A stretch of DNA of 64,000 bases from the human T2T-CHM13v2.0 reference genome, Homo sapiens: assembly GCF_009914755.1 (NCBI RefSeq), contig NC_060933.1; one strand, 5' to 3'. This document shows, in pieces, positions 1 through 34,022 of the stretch. The notes beneath the pieces are model-generated. The model saw only the letters and a program-made list of their open reading frames with translations, searched no databases and was not told where the DNA came from. Each line of letters opens with the position of its first letter. The stretch's first letter is position 1. The position numbers and the translations under genes were made by a program.

Positions 1-442
1 CAGAGTAAGCTGAGAACTGACAAAATGTATACCAGTAAAATCCTCAAAAGTCTCAGGCACTGCCAGTACTGAACCTGGGAGAGAGAAGCTAGACTCAGGA
101 GGCTTGGGTCAGAGTGAGAAGTCATCAGCCCCAGATGCCCTTCTCCACTCCAGGCATTGAGGACAGGGCCCTCTCCGAGACTGAGGAGATAAAGCAGTGG
201 GTATGCATCGAGTGCTGATTCCAGAACAGCAGGTGGCCTTCACTCTACAGGCAGGAGGTAAGATGGTTTTTCTCTGCGGAATCTGACCCACCCCAAGGAA
301 AAGACCTTGAGGCACTTGCTTAGGACTCCTCTCACCCTATAGTACACCCTGATCATACTCACAACTACAAGACCCACTCAACACAAGGCATGTCCAGGCA
401 GGTTCCTAACCTCACCTAATCAAACACAAGAAGTGTGTATGA

Positions 443-863
<421 letters not shown>

Positions 864-1246
864 TAGAGAAGCTACTACGTCTATGAAAAGAACACGCTGC
901 TCCACAAATGAAAATTCAAAAACGTAAAACATTTTTAATTTCTTTAAAATTTTTAATTTTAAGAAATTGAAAAAGAAAATAGCAAAAATGAAAAAAATTT
1001 ATTTGAAAGGAGGGAAGATACAATTGATGAAATCCTTTTGCAGAAAGGAAAGCAAAGGGGCAAAGAAATAGAAATTATGAGAAAAAAAGGAAGAGAAATA
1101 AAGAATGTTTTCAGGATCTGCATAATAGGAGTTCCAGAAACAACATTTTTCAACATATGAGTGACAGGAGATCCAGAAAAAAGAGACCAAGCAGACAGGA
1201 TGAATGAGAACACCCTGGCCCACCCTGCTCTGTGGGGCAACCCTAG

Positions 1247-1642
<396 letters not shown>

Positions 1643-1944
1643 TAGGTGATAGCTTTACAATAAACTCATTTCCTGCTTAGGTTTTTTTAAACATAGTAAG
1701 ATAATATTACAAAAAAAAACTTTATGCCAATCAATTTGAAAAGTTAGGTGAAAGTGATATATTTCTATAAAAATATAAATTACCAAAACTGGTGCAAGAA
1801 AAAAATTAACTCAAGTAGTTCTACCACCATTAAAAATTAACAATAATAACAAGATGATAATGATAATAAGTGGTCCCACAAAGAACACTGCAGCCACAGA
1901 TAGTCTTACAGATAGATTCTATCAAACATTTAAAAAACCAATCA

Positions 1945-2352
<408 letters not shown>

Positions 2353-2353
2353 T

Positions 2354-2684
2354 CATTACATATGTCACTTAACAGGGATATGTTCTAAGAAATGCATTAT
2401 TAGGCAGTTTCATCGTGCCAACATCATAGAGTGCACTTACACACACCTAGAGGGTGTAGCCTGCTACATAACTAGACTTTGTGGTAGAGCCCATTGCTCC
2501 TAGGCTATAAACCTGTATGACATGGGACTGTACTGAATATAGTAGGCAGCTGGAACACAGTGGTAAGTAATTGTGTTATGTAAACATAGCAAAAATATAG
2601 TAAAAATATGGTATTAGAAACTTACAGGACCACCATTGTATATGCAGTCTGTCACTGACCAAAGCATTTTGTGCCACATGAGTA
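2354..2684 (+). mobile_element. Tigger3a (MER7A) DNA transposon remnant
   Basis: Matches recalled consensus ...cttaac..gggata.gttct.agaaatgc...catcatagagtg.acttacaca...cctaggcta.aaacctgta... Confidence 0.8.
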
Positions 2685-2950
2685 TATTTAGTAGTGCTGA
2701 CTAGGTAAGCTGTGACCCAGTAATTCTGTTCCTGGGTGTGTTCTCTACTCATGACATATCCTGCAGGAGGCAGAAGTGTTTCTATCAGCAAAAATAGTAA
2801 CAACATAAATGTTTGTTGACAGAGGAAAGGATAATTAAATTGGGATGTATTGGAATGCTGTAGTAGAATAGAATACTATATGTACTGAAGATAAATGAAC
2901 CATGTTCCATGGTTCATTTCATTCATCCATGTCGGCATGGATGAACTTCA

Positions 2951-3322
<372 letters not shown>

Positions 3323-3606
3323 TTACATTAAGTGCAAAACAAGCAATAAAACCAACATATTATTTAGGCATACCTGCATATGCAATAGAACCACTTTGTT
3401 AAAAAGCAAGGAGATTATTAAAATAAGTGTTTTACATGTGTCGGGGTGAGGGAAGGTAAACATAAATGTGGCATACAGGCAGCTTCAAGGACACTGGTGA
3501 TGTTCTGTTTCTTAAGCTAGTGATAAATGACACAGGACTGATTTTATCATTTTTTGTAACCATATCTATGCATTACATACACTCTTATTTGATCTATCCC
3601 CCCCAA

Positions 3607-3657
<51 letters not shown>

Positions 3658-3675
3658 CAGAGACAGAGAGAGAAA
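3607..3675. repeat. (CA)n(GA)n compound microsatellite
   Basis: Read directly. Confidence 0.95.
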
Positions 3676-5452
3676 GAGTGCCATGGCATGCTATAATGTA
3701 CTTAGGATATTCAAAGCCTGGATTAGAAATTGCAGGGTTGAAGTCAAGTAGCACAAGAACAAAGGAACAAATCTAGAGGAACATAAAAATAATTAAAAGC
3801 TGCTGTTTTCATTTAAGGCCAGATGAAAGAAAATATGCTGAGAGTGCAGATGGAGGAATTTAGACATTAGGAAGAAGAATTTCCTTACTGGCCAAAGACA
3901 CTGCCATATATTGCAAAGTAAGCATGTGCTATTATTCAAAAATAGGGCAAGGCAGTTATTTTTCTTGGGTTGGTCTGAGACAGAGCTAGCCAAGTGATTT
4001 TAATCCAAGGGCCAACTGTGTGCCATTACCTGAAGTTATCGGGAACACTGTCTTCAGAAGAATTCTGACTGCCCTGTCTGTCACACTGGAGGTGGGCAGG
4101 CCACCCAGATGTTGCCTTCCCAGGTATTGGGAGATGGCACTAGAATGGCCCAGATGTGGAGAATAAAACTCAGCTAAGCTTTCATCTTGTATTTTGGTTC
4201 TAGCATTCTCTGAGCAATAACAGCCAAAAATACATGTTTACACATATCAGAGTGACAAAAAGTAAAATTAATAATATTTCATACAAACAAGTGTAGTGAG
4301 AAGATCTCTCAAATCCTCTCGGGGGGGGGGGTTAAGATTGATATTATCAAAAAGGAAACAATTTGGCAATGGTATGCAATATTTAAATTCACATACCTAT
4401 TGAGCCAGCAGTCTTACCGATAAGGATGTAGCCCTGGATGTGGGCTCAAATGTATGCTCAAAGAGGCAACTTACAAAATTATTTGCAAAAAGAAAAATGA
4501 AAATTCACCTTAGTGTTCATCCCTAAAGGCTGATAAAAGAGACATGGTACATCCATGGGATGGGATATCCTGAAACCATTAAACAGAATCAAGCCCATCT
4601 GTGTGCCTTTGCTGTGGTCAGGTCTCCATGCTATATTATTAAATAAACAAAGCAAAGTTTAGAACAGGGTTTATGGTTGTGTGAGGTAGGATCCCATTTG
4701 TGCTCAGTGGGCAAAAATTAAACAATTTTTAATTCTGATAATTTAATTCTAATAATAAATTCTGACAGAGAACTGCTGCAGGGGCTAAAACTTGTTCTCT
4801 CCTTCTTCCTGGGTACATGACTAAGTGACATTTCCCAGCCTTCCTTGCACTTGGGTTGGCCACAGAACTGAGCTCTGTCCAAGGGAAGGTCAGTGGACCC
4901 ATACTGGAAAGCTCTGGGTGTACCATGATTTCTTCCCCTTCTTTCCTTCTCACAAGTCAAAGCAGATATGTGTTATGATCCAGCTTCAACCATGAAGAAG
5001 AGAGCAAGAACCCACACGATAGATGGAACTTGCTCAGATCTACTTGCCAATAGGGAAAGCTCTCATTTTTTGTGAAGTCTCTAGACATTATTGGGTTTTT
5101 TGTTGTTGTTGTTGTTGTTACAGTTGCTAATCTTCATCATACTATCAACATCTATAGCAACATGTAACTGTAGAATTTTTTTCTTACTTTTTCTGAAAGG
5201 AATGGTTTTTCCTTACCTTTCTGAAAGGAATCCCAAGACATTTTAGCACTGGTTACCTTTACAGAGAGGGGTAAGGTAAAAGCAGGGTTAGGAAGAGGCC
5301 TTTATTTCTCTTTTTGTACCTTGCTGTACTGCTTGAATTTTCTAATTTTATACCCCCATTACTTTTATTTTTAACAGGAGTTATTTAGGCAAAGAGATGG
5401 TGGCCTTAGTCATTTTCTTCTATTCCTCTCTTTGAGTTAAAAATACATATAT

Positions 5453-5868
<416 letters not shown>

Positions 5869-5869
5869 T

Positions 5870-6619
5870 TATTAGCCATCAGGGAAATACAAATTAAAAC
5901 CACAATGAGATATCACTACACAACCATCATAATGGCTAAAGTAAAAACTAATGACAACACCAGATTCTGATGAGGATGTGGGGAAAATGGATCATTCATA
6001 CACTGCTAGGGGAATACAGCAACTGTGGAAAAGAGTTTGCAGTTTCCTAAGAAACTAAACATGCAACTTCCATACAGCCCAACAATTGCAATTCTGAGCA
6101 TTTGTCCCAGAAAAATAAAGACTTATGTTTACATAAAAAGCTATATATGAAAGTTAACAGCAGCTTTATTTGTATAGCCAAAAACTGGAAATAGCCGGGA
6201 TGTCCTTCAGTAGATTAATGGTTAGATAAACTGTGGTTCATCCATACCATGGAATTCTACTCGGCACTAAGAAGGAAAAAACTACTGATATAATGACGTT
6301 GGTGAATCTCCAGAAAATTATGCTAGGTGGGGGAAAAAGGCAATCCAAAAAGTTTTACATAGTATATGATCCCACTTAGATAACATTCTTGAAGTGACAA
6401 AATTATAGCAATAGAGAACAGATTAGTGGTTCCCAGAAGGGACTGGGAGGAAAGTGGGTGTGGCTATAAAATGGCAGCCCAGGAATCCTTGTAGTGATGG
6501 AATTGTTCTGTATCTTGACTATATCAATGCCCAGAACCTGATTGTAATATTGTACTATAGCTTTGCAAGATGTTACCATTAGGAGAAATTGGGTAAAGAA
6601 TACATATTATCTCTCTATA

Positions 6620-6620
<1 letters not shown>
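5870..6620 (+). mobile_element. Old L1 3' end fragment (L1MB/MC-like)
   Basis: attagccatcagggaaatacaaattaaaaccacaatgagatatcac followed by typical L1 3' UTR text. Confidence 0.75.
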
Positions 6621-11830
<5,210 letters not shown>

Positions 11831-12512
11831 AATATTTTTTAAGTTAAAGGAGAACAAAATAAATACACAAAAATTAGATGGCAGTGCTCTTGAAATGGGT
11901 GTGGGGATGTGTGTGGAGAGGGTGGGTGCTGCGTGGGGCTTGAGTGGGGCCACCCTGCTTGTGTCCAGCTGGGCTGAGTGATTGTCTAAGGCCACAGCAA
12001 TTACACACACTCCCTAAGGGAACTCTGTCTACAACTAGGCAGAAATGATGGGAACCATGAATTTGATGGTAGGCCATGAATTTGATGTCTTTATTTGATG
12101 TAAGCCTATTTGGCTGCTGTTAAGTATTGGGTTTTTCTTATAACCTCCAGTAATTAGAAATAAATGAGGACTGTAGGTACCCTCCCACAAAACCCAGCCA
12201 GCAGATGGTGCCTTACAAGGCAAGCAAGCTTCAGACTGAACTCTACCACACCTAAAACATCAAGCTGGATCAAAGAGTCAGGAACCTGTTCTTGAAAGCT
12301 CAGTGGAGCCCCAGCTCTCTGACCCTTAGGCAGTCTACTAAATGTCTTGCATGAGGGCTCATCCCCGGTAGATAAAATATTCTAAGGGGTGGATACAGTC
12401 AACCTTCTAGCTAAATCACATGGCAGAATCCTCCACTACGTGGCAGGATGTGGGACCAAATCACAGTTCAAGGCCATGAATGCTACTCTGCTATACCCAC
12501 AGATATTACACC

Positions 12513-13666
<1,154 letters not shown>

Positions 13667-14005
13667 TACTTTTGTTCATTCAAGGGTAGAAGTGCCTGTA
13701 CAACATTTTTTCACCAATCCACTTATTTTGAACGACTATTCCACAGTATAAATAATTTCCTCAGGAAAATTACTTATAACATCTGTTAGGCTAGCAAGCC
13801 TTCTAATGAAGGTCAAGTTAGCTGAGGCATAGATGTTGATGAACTCTGATTTGTCATTTTTAAAAATAACTAAAAACTCAATTTATCCAGGGTTCTGGCA
13901 GAAATAGCACACTCAAACTGAGTAATTTGGAGAGAGTTTAATATGAAGAAACCACAAGGGACAGTGCAATAGGGTGGGGCTGGCAACACTGAGCTGCTGT
14001 TACCA

Positions 14006-20443
<6,438 letters not shown>

Positions 20444-20811
20444 ACCAGGGGCCTGAAAGTGTTGGAGAAAGAACTGTGTAGAGACGTCCACCCAACAGGG
20501 GTGGTGACCTTCAGCAGAAGACACAAGCTGCCCTCCACAACCAGGGAGACAGCACAGTCTCCCGCTTTACTCTCCCTCTTACCTGTTGCCAGTGTTCCCC
20601 ACTGGCCAACCCAGCTGAAACCAGAGGCCAAGGGAGCCCAGTGGTGCAGGTCAGCCTCCCAGGCAGAGACTGGACCCACAGGGGCAGGCAGGTGAGACCG
20701 AACACACCAACACACACAGCCACTGGGTGGAGCAGACAAGGGTGCTCCAGCTGCTACCCAACTGCTGCAGAAATGTGACTGTCGCCAGCCGACCTTAATG
20801 ACAACTTTACT

Positions 20812-21121
<310 letters not shown>

Positions 21122-21139
21122 TTTTTTAAAAAGACAACT

Positions 21140-21680
21140 TTACCTTGCAACCCAGAGACTCCACTGCTAGGTAATCTACCCAAAGGAAAGAGAAAAGTGT
21201 CCACACAAAAACTCAAGTGTCAATATTCACAGCAGCATTATTCATAATAGCCAAAAAAAAAAAAAAATGGAAACAACTCCAACAGTTGTCAACTGGAAAA
21301 TGAATAAACAAAATGGAGTATATCCATACAATGGAATATTATTCTGCAGTAAAAATTAAAGAGCTATTGACACATGCTACAATATGGATGAACCTCCAAA
21401 ACAATATGCTAAGTGGAAGAAAACAGTCACGGAGAACGGCATGTTGTATGGTGACCTTCATATGAAATGTCTAGAAAAGATCAGTGGCAGCCTAGGGCTA
21501 GGGATAGGAATGCAGGATTAATAGCAACCAGGTGTACCTGATCTTACTCGAGTGATGGAAATGTTCCAAAACCGGATGGTGGTGATGATAAACAACTCGG
21601 TTAATTTCCTAAAAATTACTGAAGTGTACACTTGGGTGAATTTTATGGTATATAAATTATATCTCAAAAAGCTGTTCAAG
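21140..21680 (+). mobile_element. Old L1 3' fragment
   Basis: gcagcattattcataatagccaaaa...tatccatacaatggaatattattc. Confidence 0.7.
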
Positions 21681-21880
21681 ATTAAAAAACTGACCCACAT
21701 GTATATGACACCATCGATCCTGAAGTTTTAAAAAGTCAATTATATTCACTCTCACAGGTGATTTTCAGCCATGACTCTGGAGAGCTGAAGGTGTTAACAC
21801 CACAAAGGTATTGTCACAAGTTCCCCCCAACCTGCAATCTCCACAGTGAGGTTTCACTCCATTAAAAAGACAAGCAATTA

Positions 21881-22500
<620 letters not shown>

Positions 22501-22573
22501 AAAAACAGAAAAAAAAAAGATAGGCAGTCACTAGATGCTGCATCAATTGTTTCTTTAAACAGTTGATTTCCTG

Positions 22574-22608
<35 letters not shown>

Positions 22609-22615
22609 TGTGTAT
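22574..22615. repeat. (TG)n
   Basis: Read directly. Confidence 0.95.
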
Positions 22616-23699
22616 GGAAGTGGGTAATGGGGGAGACTGCGTGTGTGGGGGCAGAAGGCCTATGGGAAACCTCTATACCATCTGCTCAATTTTTCTATGA
22701 ACCTATAATTGCTCTAAAAAATAAAGTCCATTAAAAATGTTTTTTCATTTTAAAAAGAACACTAAACCAAGGACAGTCCTATTTCAAGACTGACCCCTGC
22801 CAATGACATCCCCAAGTCTTCTCTCTTGTTCTCTCCATGGAAAATTCCCTACCCCCACCTCTAGCCTCCATTTTTGAGTCTTGGAATCCATCAACAGGAT
22901 GGCTAAAGAATTAAGCACCTTTGTCTCCCAATTCACTTCATCAGCCTCCTGAAGAGGAGATTGCCCAATAAATGAAAGTCCATTTGCATTTTCAGCACAA
23001 AGGATGCTCTTTGCCTGGTGGGCTTGTTTCTCTCAAGAGCCACAGGCCTTTTAGAGGTTCCATGTGAAGTGGTCTGGGCCAAGAGGGGGGCGCCCGAGAA
23101 CACTTGGTTGTCTGGGCTGGCATTGTTCCCTTTGTCTGCTTGAACAGGACTCAATCTTATTTCCAGAATGTCCAGGCTGACAGGCTCCATACACAGGTTT
23201 TGCCACCCCCTTTTCACAAAGTTAAGCTGCAAAAGCCTCCCTTTCCCAGAATTCACTGCCGGGGCCCCATCCTGATGCAGAACGGCTGCCGTGGGATGAA
23301 TGGGCCTTGTTTTCCTTCTCCTGTATGTTGGGGCCTGGGTCAAGGAAGGTGCTTGTAGCTGCTAATCTACAGCGGGTAGTGGGAATGCCAGGAAAAACAG
23401 GGCTTCCTCTGTGTGGCCAAGAATAAAAGAAAGGGCTTGAATTCAGGTGCTACAGGAGTGGAAATGGTGTGAAAAATAGGGTGAGCAGTGGCTTCAGAGG
23501 TATGGAAGAGTGGGCCCACTCTCTTCCTCCCTCCACCCCAGGCCCATCCCTCTCCACAATTTTTTCCCACCTGCCTCAAGTAATGCTTGAAATTCTTTTA
23601 ACAGGAAGCAAAGCCTCTCCTGCCACTCTAAATGTAAACGCAGATTCGGTTAAATGCAGTGAAGAATAAGCTTCTGGAAGGGCGGAGGAGAAGTGCTTT

Positions 23700-26535
<2,836 letters not shown>

Positions 26536-26537
26536 CT

Positions 26538-27110
26538 GTAGCGGTGAACATTGTGTTTCAACTTGACTAGGTCATGATACCCAGCTACTCCATCAAACAT
26601 TATTATGTTTCTGTAAAGCTATCTTTATATGAGATTAACATCTAAATTAGTAGACTTTGAGTAAAGCATATTACACTCCATAAGGAGGGTGGGCCTCGTC
26701 TCGTCAGCTGAGGGCCTTAAGAAAACAAGATTGACCTTCCTGGAGGAACAGGGAATTCTGTCACCTGATAGATGGCCTGTGGACTTGAACTGCAGCTTTG
26801 CCTCTTCTTGGGTCTCCAACCTGCCAGCCTACACTGCAGATTTGGGACACACCAGCCTCCATAACCATGTGCGTCAATTCCTTCAAATAAATCAACCTTT
26901 CTCTCCTCTCCCTCTCCCTCCCTTCCTCTCCCACTCTTCTCTCTCTGTCTCCTTCCCTCTCCCTTCCTCCCCACTCTCTTTCTCTCCCTTCCTCCCCTGC
27001 CCCCACTCCCAGCTGTCTCTATGTGTCTGTGTGTCTGTGTGTGTATGTGTGTGTGTGTGTGTGACACACATCCTATTGATTCTGTTTCTCTCGAGAACCA
27101 TGACTCATAC
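26538..27110. mobile_element. MLT2 (ERVL) LTR with internal CT-rich and (TG)n tracts
   Basis: tttcaacttgactaggtc...gatgagattaacat-like text, tagactttgagtaaagca, catcctattgattctgtttctctcgagaacc. Confidence 0.75.
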
Positions 27111-28321
27111 ATTCTCAAAAAATAAAAAAAGCCGTATATGTGAAAGGAATCACAGTTTAAATATCCAATAAGAACAAAACCTAACCTTGGAAAGCTTACT
27201 CTGAGCAAACCATTTTGCCTGTCTCATCCTATTTAACCCTTACAAAAACCTAGGTGAGACTGTTATCACTTCCAGCTCATTGATGTGGAAATTCAGCCAG
27301 TGAGCCTTGGAGGGAGGCTTTGACACACATCTGATCAATTCCCAACCTCAGGCTTTTACCCATTACAGTCCACAGCATCTCAGGCTCAGCTGCACTCCTT
27401 GGAGCAGCAGTTAGCAGGGAGAGAACAGGATCTCTGGAAGGGAGAAAAGCCTACATGAAGGAGAGGTTGGGAGCCCAGAAAATTGTTTAACACAGCCTCA
27501 GTAAAGAACATAAAGAGGCTGGGCACAATGGCTCACGCCCATAATCGCAGCACTTTGGGAGGCCAAGGCAAGAGGATTGCTTAAGCTTAGGAATTTGAGA
27601 ACAGCCTGGCAACAAAGTGAGACCTCATCTCTACAAAAAAAAAAAAATTAAATAAAAAGGCAAAGAGGAAAAAAGTCCACAAGGAGAAGTACAAAGCAAG
27701 AATTCATCAAGGACAGAACACAAAGTTGGCAAAGACCCAGAAGCGCAGAATGGATGTGTAACTTGTCCAAAATCTCCAGACAGCATCATGGTGAAGACTG
27801 GAACCCACAGCTCCTGACCCCCAGGGCCATTGCTTTGTGAAACAATAAAGAAATGAATGGCTAAGGACAGCTTCCACATGGGGTCTCCCCTAAGCAGAAA
27901 GAAGAGTGTCTGAGTCTTGCGATAGCAAGGGACCACAGGAAGGTCAGGTCAGCATGAACTTGAGAAAAGATTCTGGAGAATCGTGAAGAATTGCTTGGCA
28001 ATCCAGGGAACTTAGAGGTAAGGTGAAGAACCTTTTGGTTGACATATTAGGTCTTTCCAAAACCTGGTCCAGGGTGAGAAATTGTTATATAAAAGGTTAT
28101 ATAGTTTTAATGCAAATAGCTAGAAACATTTTCCTTCTGATTTGGGGGAATGGAAGACACATTGTTTTGAAAAGTGACTGCTGGGTGGTCTCTCCAACTT
28201 CAACACTCAAATATGACCACTCATCTACCGAGTGTCAGCCACTCCTGTTCACCAGTAAGTTGCTATACATGAATTAGAATAAAAGCAAATAACTCCTTAT
28301 CTTAAAAATAAACAGAGATGA

Positions 28322-29036
<715 letters not shown>

Positions 29037-29195
29037 TGACATGCTTGAGGTTTGTTAACATACGCCAAGTTTCTAGCAAGTGCGTCCCAGATGCCTTGCA
29101 CTGCTGTTTCACATAAGATGGCTTTGTTATGATGCAAGCCGTCTGGGACAAGAAAAGGCATGGGTACTGTACTGTAGTTGAATGCATTTTTCATA

Positions 29196-29865
<670 letters not shown>

Positions 29866-30139
29866 CATCTGTCTCAGAAATGGGTGTAATTACTATAACA
29901 TAGTGGAAAGCACTGGAACCTTACATATATTCACAACCTCTAACCCAGCAAGACCACCTCAAGAAAATAGCTCCCAAAATAATTGGATATAAGCAGAAAA
30001 GTTTCTGTATTTACTCCCAATTTTATATAAAATGAAGAAAAATTCAGAAAAAAATTAAAATTTTTACCAAGAAAATGGTTAAATTATGGACCATCCATTT
30101 GATGGAATATTATGTTGCCATTTAAAAATCAGGGTTTTC

Positions 30140-30424
30140 GGCAGGCTGCAGTGGTTCATGCCTGTAATCCCAGCACTATGGGAGGCCAAAGCAGGCAGAT
30201 AACTTGAGCTCAGGAGTTCAAGACCAGCCTGGACAACAGAGGAACAGTGAAACCCTGTCTCTACAAAAAATACATGAGCCTGTAGTTCCAGGAGGACACA
30301 TTGCTTCGGGAGGCTGAGGTGGGAGGATTGCTTGAGCCCAGGAGGTCAAGGCTGCAGTAAGCAGTGTTTGTACCACTGCATTCCAGCCTGGGCAACAGAG
30401 CAAGTGTCTCAAAAAAAAAAAAAA
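30140..30424 (+). mobile_element. AluJ
   Basis: Diverged Alu with poly-A. Confidence 0.85.
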
Positions 30425-30465
30425 CCCACAGTTTTGACATAAGAAAATGCTCACAACTAATGTAA

Positions 30466-31066
<601 letters not shown>

Positions 31067-31795
31067 TAGAATTCTTTCTATTCTTCTATTGTATTTGACA
31101 TGGTTCTAGACATCAGTGTAATAGGCATAAGGAAGAAATAAAATACATAGGAATTCCAGGAAACAATGTTTCATTAATAAAAATGTGAAATTTATAATTA
31201 TAATAGCATATAAAACCACATATGTTATAAATGCATTTTTTAAAGTATAATTATCAATCTATCTATCTACAGAGAAATAAGCGTGGAAGCAAATACTCAA
31301 AAATACTAATTGTATTCTAGTGACTCTCAGTTCTATTAGACCTTCTTTTTATAGAATATGCTATAATGCCATTAATGTCCTTGAAATGAAAGTCACTGAT
31401 AATATGTTTTGCCTAAGCAAGTGACTTTTAAAAAATCAATATATGCCCTAGCTTAATGTAAATAATAAATAAAAGGAAAGTAGTTTATAATGTTTTGAAA
31501 AAATTAAAGTATATAAGCTGATATGGCACAATTACACTAGAAAATACCAATGCCCCACAAATTCCCAAAACAATCCCTAAGGCAAGGTACTGTCACCTTT
31601 GAATATCATTGTGTTTAAAAAAAGAGATCCAGGGAGTGAGATTATTATTTTTGTTTGCTTTTCCATAGAGTATATTTTCTCCTTTAAATGAATGCATACT
31701 GCTTTTATACTCAAAAATCTAGTGTTGGGGTGGATGTCTCAGGACTGTGATTGTTCAATACAAGGGAGGAGAAAGTCCCCAGGAAGATAGCTTAC

Positions 31796-31842
31796 CTCGA
31801 ACGAGTACGCTTTCCCAATTCCATCGCCTGCTCCAGTGATCA
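31796..31842 (-). CDS. HSD17B3: HSD17B3 coding exon 2, 47 bp
   Basis: Acceptor tttcacag|, encodes (V)ITGAGDGIGKAYSFE with the SDR TGxxxGxG cofactor motif, donor GAG|gtaagc. Phase matches exon 1 (154+47=201). Confidence 0.98.
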
Positions 31843-32018
31843 CTGTGAAAAGCAAGAATGCTTTTAAAAGACAGAATTCATCTTTAAACTTCTCTTTCTC
31901 ACTGGCCACGTTTTCTCACAAGCCTAGTCTCCAGGGCAGTCAGTACTCCAAAGGTTCATCCCTTTGCTCTCCAGCCCACACCCTTGAAGCCCCTCACTAA
32001 ACATTCAGGTGAAAGGAT

Positions 32019-32087
32019 TGTTTGGTTGGTGGGTGGGTTGGTTGGTTGGTTGGTTTGTTGGTTGGTTGGTTGGTTGGTTAGTTGGTG
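32019..32087. repeat. (GGTT)n imperfect tetranucleotide repeat
   Basis: Read directly. Confidence 0.92.
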
Positions 32088-32899
32088 TTTTGGAGGGATT
32101 GGCGAGACTGTGGAAAACATGTTCCAAAATGAAACAGATCCGCAGCCAGGGAACATTTCCTGCAGGCCCCATGAGGATGCAGATATTGTGAGCCTTCACC
32201 CCACAAGGGCAGGCAGTGTTCCCCATTATCTCTCTGCCCAGGCACCCATCTGTCATTGTAAGGACATTTCAAGGTTCCTTCTAAAAGTGGAGCTCTGCCC
32301 ACTTCTCACCCCCACCCCACAGCAGCAATTAAAGGCCTATGGAAGGTAGGGAATTTAGCAAAGAGGAAAATACCAAAATGCAAAAAGAAAATGCAGTGAA
32401 ATGAAGAAACCTGAAGAATTTGTACTCAATAGAACTATCTGTTAATATACAACAGTCAAATAGGTCTGCTAGTCCTTTCATATCAACATTACAGACATAT
32501 TTAATGATTGAGCTCTAGTATACGCTTCATTCGTGAGAACGTCACAATTTCAAAATTCACTACAATTCGGTATATCGTAAAACTTACAATTTACCCTTGC
32601 AACAACAATTAAAGGGCATGCTTTCAAAAAGTGTGAACAAAAGGTACATTTAGCTCACCTGAGAGTGAGTGCAGGCCAAGCTGTACAAGCCTCACGGACC
32701 ACACTGGCTTTAATAATTACTAATGATGTGTCTGTTCGTTTAGGAACTTCTAAGAGGCTCCATGCACACCGTCTGCAGCTCTGGGTGGAGGAACTATGCT
32801 CAGGGCATCTTGGGCCTTACCTTCCCCTCCCTGTGGGGAATCTTCAATTCACCCAATACAGGGCCTACACTACAGGCAAGATGATACCATCAATAATAA

Positions 32900-33130
32900 C
32901 GACGGATAACGGTCACACACTCACTTCTTGCCATGTACTGCTTCTAGTGTTTTAGATGCATCATCTCATTTAATGTTCAAAACAAACCTAAAATGCAGGG
33001 ACCATCATTATCCTTAGTTTATAAATGAGGAAGCCAAGGGGAAAAAGTTCGTAACTTGATTAAGGTCACACTGCTAAAAATGATGACACAAGGATTTGAA
33101 CCCAGGCTGTCTGACTTTGGGGCCCTGAGT
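32900..33130. mobile_element. MIR
   Basis: catctcatttaat...ataaatgaggaagccaagg...taacttgattaaggtcacac...ggatttgaacccaggctgtctgact. Confidence 0.75.
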
Positions 33131-33587
33131 CTATGAATATACACTAAGAAAAGAATTAGGAAATCCAGCACAGAGCTCAGGGTACTCTATCTGAGGAATT
33201 AAAAATTTAGCCTCTAGTTCTTGCGTTTCTTTTTTGTCCCCTACTTGAAATATATTATCTCCCTGATATCTGCCTCTGCCCAAACATATTTTACTCCTGC
33301 TAGAGGTAACTCTATCCATCTTGACTCATAAAAACAGGTTAAGATCATGTTTTTCCTTTGAGTCACCAAATGCTCTTAGTCTCTGTCCCCATTTGAACTT
33401 CTTTTAGAATGTAGGTTTTTAGAAGGGCTTTCCCTACACAAACGACAGCAGCTGTGCAGAGTGCTACGTCCACCCACACGTGGGCATCTGAATCTGTGTG
33501 GAGTGGGGTATTTAAATCCAGAACACTCAGGTCAAGCTGCTGAGCAAGTTCAAGCAAGTTCACTCCTGACAGCATAATACCCCAAGA

Positions 33588-33589
<2 letters not shown>

Positions 33590-33643
<54 letters not shown>
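33590..33643. repeat. (CA)n
   Basis: Read directly. Confidence 0.95.
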
Positions 33644-33645
<2 letters not shown>

Positions 33646-33734
33646 CAAATATAAGACGCAGAAGTCAAAAATCCATTTGTCATCCCAAACAATTTCTCAC
33701 ACGGTAATTTTTTTAATTTCCATTGCTAAGTTTT

Positions 33735-33913
33735 TAAGGTTGCCAGGTTTAGCAAATAAGGATACAGAATGCCCACTTAAATTTGAAATTAAGGTAAATT
33801 ATGAATTGTTTAATGCATGTCTCATGCCATATGTGAGTTATACTAACAAAGTATTCCTTTTTTTCTGAAATTTAAATTTAACTGGGTATCCTGTATTTTA
33901 TCTGGCAGCCCTA
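33735..33913. mobile_element. MER53 palindromic hAT-type MITE
   Basis: Inverted termini taaggttgccag / ctggcagcccta and long internal inverted arms (acttaaatttgaa / aaatttaaatttaactggg). Confidence 0.85.
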
Positions 33914-33989
33914 TAAGCATATTAGAATCTTTCCTATTTTGCCTAGATAATATCTCTAAAGTCACTTAATCATTTTTGTCATTGGATTC

Positions 33990-33991
<2 letters not shown>

Positions 33992-34020
<29 letters not shown>
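33992..34020. repeat. (TG)n
   Basis: Read directly. Confidence 0.95.

Positions 34021-34022
<2 letters not shown>

Noticed and set aside
5177-5231. Short direct repeat (ttac(t/c)tttctgaaaggaat x2); similar local duplications at 7701-7745 and 11549-11593
   Set aside because: These are two- or three-copy slippage duplications with no spacer structure, so they are not CRISPR-like and have no evident function.
26689-27208. Overlapping ORFs of about 160 aa
   Set aside because: They are low-complexity CT/TG tracts inside an MLT2 LTR.
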